This document shows positions 59,501-64,000 of a stretch of DNA of 64,000 bases, in pieces (the stretch's first letter is position 1; every line of letters starts with the position of its first letter). The stretch lies in the NCBI GenBank assembly GCA_963850705.1, contig CAWKMR010000036.1, forward strand, positions 10,953 to 74,952. Reading direction: 5' to 3'. This stretch comes from an uncultured Alphaproteobacteria bacterium (GTDB lineage Bacteria > Pseudomonadota > Alphaproteobacteria > Rhizobiales > Xanthobacteraceae). The translations under genes were made by a program, and so were the position numbers. A model generated the notes under the pieces. That model saw only the letters and a list, made by a program, of their open reading frames with translations, was not told where the DNA came from and made no database searches.

Positions 59501-60409
59501 GCCCGGGAACTTCTGTGCCACCAACGCCATCGACAACGCGCCACCAGGCCGATCGGCCTTGCCGCCGTCGCGCCCGTCCTGATCGCCGCCGTCGTCCTTC
59601 GGCTTCGCCGACGTCGCCACCAAGGTGACGCTGCATGCGCAGGCCGACGTGCTCACCATGGCGCTGTTCCGCGGCCTCATCGGCGTGCCGCTGCTGTTCG
59701 CTCGTGGCTGATGGTCGGCGCCAAGCCGAAGCCGCTGACCACGCCGGCGCGGCGTCTGTCGCTGTTCATCGGCCTGCTGTTCGCCGGCAACGTCTTCTTC
59801 CTGTTCAAGGCGATCGAGGCGATGGAGGTGCCGCTCGCGATCCTCACCTATTTCACCTATCCGCTGCTCACCGGGCTCGCCGCCGCCGCGTTCGGGATCG
59901 AGCGGCTCGGCCTTGCCGGCCTCGCCGCGGCGCTCGCCGCCTTCGCCGGGCTCGCGCTGATGATCGGCGCGCATCCCGGCGGCGTCGCGCTCGTGGGCAT
60001 CGCCTTCGCGCTGCTGTCGTCATCGCACGCGCGTGGTGATCCTGCTGCTCACCCGCGCGAAGCTGCAGGGCGCCGACTCGCGGCTGATCAGCGCTGTGGT
60101 CGCTGATCGCCGCGACCGCGGTGTTCACCGCCGCCGCGCTCGTCGACCGCGAACTGGCAGCCGCCGGTGACGGCGGTCGGCTGGTTCGCGCTGATCGGCT
60201 CGAGCATGGCGATGGCGATCGCGGTGCTGATGATCTTCATCTCGACCGCGCGCATCGGCCCGTTCCGCACCGCGCTGTTCATGAACCTCGAGCCGCTGCT
60301 CGCGACCATCGGCTCGGCGATCTTCCTCGGCGAGGTGATCACGCCTTTGCAGGCGCTCGGCGGCGCGATGATGATCGCCGCGCTGGTGGCGTTTCAGTTG
60401 CGGAGGTAA
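59496..60409 (+). pseudogene. EamA/DMT-family transporter, about four or more frame breaks; start uncertain
   Basis: Pieces across ORFs 59252..60106, 59635..60039 and 60167..60409: IGLAAVAPVLIAAVV, LFIGLLFAGNVFFLFKAIEAMEVPLAILTYFTYPLLTGL, WFALIGSSMAMAIAVLMIFISTARIGPFRTALFMNLEPLLATIGSAIFLGEVITPLQALGGAMMIAALVAFQL. Confidence 0.7.
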
Positions 60410-60415
60410 GGGAGC
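60263..60415 (+). repeat. Direct repeat copy A (authentic 3' end of the EamA gene), att-like
   Basis: Matches 62651..62795. 51-nt identical core at 60317..60367 (GCGATCTTCCTCGGCGAGGTGATCACGCCTTTGCAGGCGCTCGGCGGCGCG). Confidence 0.9.
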
Positions 60416-60430
60416 GACCCGCGCGTCCGC

Positions 60431-60844
60431 CTACATCGGCCGCCGCGCTGCCTGCGCCTTCCGGATATTGGCGAGCTGCGCGCGCCGCATCGCGGCCGTC
60501 GGCTTCTCGCTTTCGGGGATGTCGCGCTGCGGCTTGGCGCGGAAGCGGTCGCCCTCGACATGTTCCGGCGGCGAGCCGAGGCTCTTGAACAGCGCCTTCG
60601 CCTCGTCGGTGTCGGGCACCAGGCGGTCGCCCTCGATATGAGCGTGGGTCTTTTCGACCAGCCATTTGGCGGTGTCCCAGCGGCCGCCGGGACGCCGCCC
60701 CGCGACGCGCTCGACGCCGCCGCGTTCGCCGACGTCCTGCACGCGGAACACGCTGAACGATTCGGCCGGCCGCAGCTCGATATGGAAGAACCGGCCGCCG
60801 CCGCGGCTGCCCGGTTTTGCGCGCTTGCCAGTAACGGATGCCAT
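60431..60844 (-). CDS. Conserved hypothetical protein (137 aa)
   Basis: Inside ORF 60431..61123. ATG 60844 (GGAGGA SD) gives MASVTGKRAKPGSRGGGRFFHIELRPAESFSVFRVQDVGERGG... Confidence 0.55.
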   Translation of the reverse strand: MASVTGKRAKPGSRGGGRFFHIELRPAESFSVFRVQDVGERGGVERVAGRRPGGRWDTAKWLVEKTHAHIEGDRLVPDTDEAKALFKSLGSPPEHVEGDRFRAKPQRDIPESEKPTAAMRRAQLANIRKAQAARRPM

Positions 60845-60974
60845 GGCTCGTCCTCCACGGTTGTTCGCAAGACGGCAGCCAAGCAGATGCACGGCGCGCG
60901 GCGTTGATCTGGCGCAAATGCGACGCACGCCAATCGTGCACCGCCGCTGCCATCGCCGCGCCGGCCGCCGCTGC

Positions 60975-61061
60975 AACCATTGACCTACATCAATGTTGGT
61001 CCGGTGCCGTGGCGTTTTCATGATGCCGCGTGTTTCCGGTTCCCCAGCACAGGAGGAGTTC
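60975..61061 (+). promoter_or_regulatory. Candidate promoter plus ROSE-like RNA-thermometer 5' leader of hsp20
   Basis: TTGACC at 60979..60984. Just before the ATG, UUCCCC-AGCACA-GGAGGA can form a short imperfect hairpin that occludes the Shine-Dalgarno. ROSE elements are known upstream of rhizobial small hsp genes. Confidence 0.3.
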
Positions 61062-61559
61062 ATGAACCTGAGATCGCTTATCCCGATCGGGCGCAATCGC
61101 GAGGTTGCGCAGCACGATACCAATCCGTTCGTCTCGCTTCAGCGTGAGATCGATCGTCTGTTCGAGGACTTTGGCCGCGGCTTCCCGGCCTTCGGCCCAA
61201 GCTTCGGCCTGCGCGAGGGCTCGCGCGACCTGATGCCGGCAATCGACGTGACCGAGACCGACGGCGTGATCGAAATCACCGCCGAACTGCCGGGCCTCGA
61301 GGAGAAGGACGTGCAGATCAACGTGACCGACAATCTGCTGACCATCCGCGGCGAAAAGAAAGCCGAGAAGGAGGACAAGCAGAAGGACTACCGCGTGGTC
61401 GAGCGCAGCTACGGCTCGTTCTATCGCGCGTTCGAGCTGCCGGCCGGCGTCGAGGCCGACAAGATCAAGGCCGACATTTCAAAGGGCGTGCTCAAGGTGA
61501 CGGTGCCGAAGCCCGCGGCCAAGCAGGTCAAGAAGATCGACGTGAAAGCGGCGGCGTAA
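61062..61559 (+). CDS. Hsp20/alpha-crystallin family small heat-shock protein
   Basis: Inside ORF 60993..61559. ATG 61062 after AGGAGGAG gives MNLRSLIPIGRNRE...AIDVTETDGVIEITAELPGLEEKDVQINVTDNLLTIRGEK...GVLKVTVPK. Confidence 0.92.
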   Translation: MNLRSLIPIGRNREVAQHDTNPFVSLQREIDRLFEDFGRGFPAFGPSFGLREGSRDLMPAIDVTETDGVIEITAELPGLEEKDVQINVTDNLLTIRGEKKAEKEDKQKDYRVVERSYGSFYRAFELPAGVEADKIKADISKGVLKVTVPKPAAKQVKKIDVKAAA

Positions 61560-61601
61560 CGCGGGGCCGTGATGGCCCGCGCGCGCCGGCTGCAACGCAA
61601 A

Positions 61602-61628
61602 GGCCCGGGGCAATACTCCGGGCCTTTT
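61602..61628 (+). terminator. Intrinsic terminator after hsp20
   Basis: GGCCCGG, 9-nt loop, CCGGGCC, followed by TTTT. Confidence 0.6.
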
Positions 61629-61683
61629 GGTGCGATGTGTGTTGCGAGGGCGCGAGCCGGTGGCGGTCAGATGAAGCGGTGAC

Positions 61684-61950
61684 TCAGCCGCGCGGTGCGA
61701 TCGTCGGCTCTTGCAGGCTGAATCCGCCCAGGCCGTGCTCGCCGGCATTGTCCTGCATGAACGCCTGTACGAAGGCTTCAGCCTCGCGCCGCGACGGAAA
61801 CGCGCGGAACGCCTGGACCGTGCCGTTCGGACCGAACACCGCCGCCATGAACGGAAGTCCGTCCTCCGGCGGGTTGTAGATCGCGGTCTTGGTGGAGGTC
61901 ACGGTGGCGATCGGTGACGGATGCCGCCCTATCATCGGATCGTTGTGCAT
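61684..61950 (-). CDS. Hypothetical protein (88 aa)
   Basis: Inside ORF 61684..62019. ATG 61950 after GGGAGGAG gives MHNDPMIGRHPSPIATVTSTKTAIYNPPEDGLPFMAAVFGPNGTVQAF... Confidence 0.5.
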   Translation of the reverse strand: MHNDPMIGRHPSPIATVTSTKTAIYNPPEDGLPFMAAVFGPNGTVQAFRAFPSRREAEAFVQAFMQDNAGEHGLGGFSLQEPTIAPRG

Positions 61951-61998
61951 GGAATGCTCCTCCCAATTGAGACAACTCAAGTGACAGAGAGGAAGTAG

Positions 61999-62087
61999 CG
62001 AAAGGCCCGGCACGAGCATGATCCCGAAAAGTTGCAGACTTTTCGGAGAAGGTCATCGACCACGCAAATAAGCAGCCGGGCCTTTCG
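61999..62087. repeat. REP-like element (TTTTCGGGATC-core family) nested in a larger inverted repeat
   Basis: CGAAAGGCCCGGC...CATGATCCCGAAAAGTTGCAGACTTTTCGGAGAAGGTCAT...GCCGGGCCTTTCG. Confidence 0.7.
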
Positions 62088-62101
62088 AATTTCGGTGCCG
62101 C

Positions 62102-62257
62102 TTACTTCTGCTGCGCCGGCTTGTCTTTGTCGGGCGCGCCGCCCTGCTGCTGGTTCTGATTGTCGCCCTGCTGCTGGTTCTGTTGCGGATTCTGGCTGGG
62201 CTGGGTCGGAGTCTCAGGCTTGCTCGGATCGGCTGCAGTAATATTGACGTTGGTCAT
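62102..62257 (-). CDS. Small hydrophilic Gln/Asn/Pro-rich protein (51 aa)
   Basis: Inside ORF 62102..62308. ATG 62257 gives MTNVNITAADPSKPETPTQPSQNPQQNQQQGDNQNQQQGGAPDKDKPAQQK. Low complexity, so coding status is uncertain. Confidence 0.4.
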   Translation of the reverse strand: MTNVNITAADPSKPETPTQPSQNPQQNQQQGDNQNQQQGGAPDKDKPAQQK

Positions 62258-62413
62258 AGGATTATCTTTCGAATTAAGCCCGGAAATATTTCGGGGCAGA
62301 CCATTCAATTGATGACGAAGTCAGCTAATACAAGTGAACGGCTGTCCTTTATTCGTGCGTGAGCTCCACCGTGTTTCGATCACACGATCATTTGCAGACT
62401 GGAAAGCGCGCCG

Positions 62414-62626
62414 ATGCCGGCCAGCCGATCGAAGACGTTTCGCAAGATGGCCGCCGACGCGCTGCGCGCCGGCCGCAAGACAGCGCCCGGCGACAGACGT
62501 GAAGCGCACTTCGACGTGGCGGCGTCCTACAAATCGCTCGCGCATGATGACGAATGGGCGTGCGGCGAACGCCAGCGCTCGTACAAGCGCAAGCGAGGGG
62601 TGAAGGTGCCGAAGCCAAAGGGGTGA
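62414..62626 (+). CDS. Hypothetical small basic protein (70 aa)
   Basis: ATG ORF MPASRSKTFRKMAADALRAGRKTAPGDRREAHFDVAASYKSLAHDDEW... No recognisable domain. Confidence 0.35.
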   Translation: MPASRSKTFRKMAADALRAGRKTAPGDRREAHFDVAASYKSLAHDDEWACGERQRSYKRKRGVKVPKPKG

Positions 62627-62650
62627 GGGTGGGTGCGCGCGTCAATCAGT

Positions 62651-62795
62651 TTCGCGCGGCGCTGTTCATGAACCTAGAGCAGTTGCTCGCGACCATCGGG
62701 AGCGCGATCTTCCTCGGCGAGGTGATCACGCCTTTGCAGGCGCTCGGCGGCGCGTCGCTGGCAGCGTTTCAATGCGGAGGCGAGGGGGCGAACTA
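62651..62795 (+). repeat. Direct repeat copy B: truncated, diverged copy of the EamA 3' end, att-like
   Basis: 51-nt core at 62704..62754 identical to 60317..60367. The 54 nt to its left differ from copy A at ~9 positions, mostly synonymous. A 12-nt gap and no stop to the right. Abuts the low-GC macrodomain gene. Confidence 0.9.
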
Positions 62796-63905
62796 CGCTT
62801 CATCTGAAATTGACTCACTAATATTGAGTCGTAACCAGCCTAGTACCAAGAGATTGCGAATTGTTCCAGCGAGGGACCGCATCTTATCCTCGGTGCGCCA
62901 AGACTTTTTCCAGTCGAGAATATAATCGTAAATGTCTTTCTCGGCCAAAGCTCTCTCAGGTTTGGCCTGCTTAAGCTGCTTGGTTGCGAAAATTACGGTG
63001 AGCACTTCCTCAGCTTGGTCTGTGTTTTTGATCCGACTGAAGAGGTCGACAGTCTTTGATATCTTTTTCTGATAGAGATCGATTTGCTCTTGGTAACGAC
63101 GACGGTCATTCCGATAGCTGGGCGCGACACGAAGTGCAATCATGCGACCGAGTTGCTGTTCGTGCAGCCAATTGCGATTGGCGAACTCGTGCAACGCCAA
63201 TTTTACGTCGCCCGAGAATGGTCCATAGCTACCTTTGGCAAATTGAAAGCCCGTTGGCACGCCCATTTCCGTCACGGTGTAGCTGATTTTTTGGAAGATC
63301 GTCCTTCCCACGGGAGTCGCGTAAGGTTGGCCCTCCAATTCTTGCAGCACTTCCATAAGCACGACCCACTCTGGCTTTAACGGGTCGAGCTTGCGCCCCT
63401 TACCTTCAAGACTTATTTGGGATGGAGCAGACAGGAATTCCCGTGTGAGTTGTTGTTTCGGGGTCCCGTACGGGGCGTAAACCTCTACATCGAAAGGAAG
63501 CGCGTGTAGTTTGCTAAAGATTAGCGGGCCTACTTCAGACCATTCCAGCCCGCCGTTGCCGCATCCCAGTGGAGGCAACGCGATGCTGGTGATCTTCCAA
63601 TCGGCGGAGTGTTTGGCGAGATAGTCGAGTCCGCGTTCAATGTCCGCCAGCCGAGAAGGCGATCGCCAATGGTCCTTCGTTGGAAAGTTGACGATCTGCA
63701 AGTCTGGTGAGTGCTCATAGAGATAGGGTTCTCCAAGACGCACCATCTTTCTGTCGCTGCGCCGCTTGTAGTCCTCAAACATATCCGGGAATCGCTTCTT
63801 AAATTGCTCGGCGACGCCCTTTCCCATTACTCCGACGCAATTGACTGTATTTACCAGGGTCTGAGCCCGGCTCTGAAACAAGTCCCCTAGTATAGCTTTG
63901 AACAT
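62793..63905 (-). CDS. darG: DarG-like macrodomain protein (N-terminal ADP-ribosyl-glycohydrolase macrodomain + C-terminal YGPxS-containing domain)
   Basis: 370-aa ORF: MFKAILGDLFQSRAQTLVNTVNCVGVMGKGVAEQFKKRFPDMF...NFPTKDHWRSPSRLADIERGL...IALPPLGCGNGGLEW. C-terminal IFQKISYTVTE...FAKGSYGPFSGDVKLAL. Visibly lower G+C than its flanks. Confidence 0.75.
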   Translation of the reverse strand: MFKAILGDLFQSRAQTLVNTVNCVGVMGKGVAEQFKKRFPDMFEDYKRRSDRKMVRLGEPYLYEHSPDLQIVNFPTKDHWRSPSRLADIERGLDYLAKHSADWKITSIALPPLGCGNGGLEWSEVGPLIFSKLHALPFDVEVYAPYGTPKQQLTREFLSAPSQISLEGKGRKLDPLKPEWVVLMEVLQELEGQPYATPVGRTIFQKISYTVTEMGVPTGFQFAKGSYGPFSGDVKLALHEFANRNWLHEQQLGRMIALRVAPSYRNDRRRYQEQIDLYQKKISKTVDLFSRIKNTDQAEEVLTVIFATKQLKQAKPERALAEKDIYDYILDWKKSWRTEDKMRSLAGTIRNLLVLGWLRLNISESISDEA

Positions 63906-63922
63906 GTGGCGGATGTGATTCC

Positions 63923-64000
63923 TTACCGGAAGAATAGCACGGGGGAGGCCGTTGCGGGTGGTCGAAATCCGGCCTTCACCAGCCGGACTTTCGCAGCATC
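63923..64000 (-). other. 3' end of an open frame running in from beyond the window (25 codons + TAA)
   Basis: My own translation of the reverse strand gives ...DAAKVRLVKAGFRPPATASPVLFFR-stop. TAA at 63923..63925, 17 nt upstream of the macrodomain ATG. Too short to identify. Confidence 0.2.

Noticed and set aside
60993-61061. Extended 188-aa Hsp20 starting at 60993, and similarly the longest-ORF starts for HU (2179), lpxC (18164), TctC-5 (43955), ParA-1 (47707), YaiI (56999), the SBP (31274) and pepP (37550).
   Set aside because: In each case an internal ATG with a good Shine-Dalgarno gives the family-typical N-terminus or signal peptide, and the upstream extension is Arg-rich junk.
62554-62925. 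123-aa plus-strand ORF spanning repeat copy B and running antisense into the macrodomain gene.
   Set aside because: Its only protein-like part (FRAALFMNLEQLLATIGSAIFLGEVITPLQALGG) is the truncated EamA 3'-end copy. It has no credible start or upstream gene body, and the remainder is antisense read-through.
46000-64000. Labelling the right third of the window as a defined genomic island, prophage or ICE (mobile_element feature).
   Set aside because: No integrase, transposase, relaxase, phage structural or conjugation genes are visible. Only indirect signs exist (att-like repeat, ParA/RHH cassettes, low-GC patches). These are reported as findings instead.

Overview
High-GC (by eye about 65%) alphaproteobacterial chromosome segment. 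Gene order and repeat content look Bradyrhizobiaceae-like. Left third: the distal half of the dcw cell-wall/division cluster (ftsW, murG, murC, murB, ddl, ftsQ, ftsA, ftsZ), then lpxC, bamD and recN. A four-gene block of secreted enzymes follows, then ligA. Middle: a NitT/TauT-type ABC transporter operon carrying IscU-like and DsrE-like genes, then pepP, prmA and five TctC/Bug-family binding-protein genes. Right third (about 46-64 kb) looks accessory. It holds small lower-GC ORFs and two orphan ParA-like loci: one sits with a ParB-N-domain-only gene, the other with an RHH gene and an AT-rich palindromic region. It also holds a LodA/LodB-like quinoprotein oxidase pair, a run of small stress-type proteins, and an hsp20 islet bracketed by a ~150-bp diverged direct repeat of the 3' end of an EamA gene. 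A low-GC DarG-like macrodomain gene sits at the window edge. Several intergenic palindromic repeat families are present; the most striking is a CTAG-bounded twin-hairpin element in four copies. I recognised no rRNA, tRNA, CRISPR array, transposase or integrase. Caveat 1: roughly 40 or more single-base frame breaks split about 25 conserved genes, so many ORF-track entries are fragments or artificial fusions. I report reconstructed gene spans and use type 'pseudogene' to mean 'frame-broken as sequenced', not proven decay. Caveat 2: all product calls rest on motif-level recognition by eye, not on searches, and break positions are approximate to a few bases.
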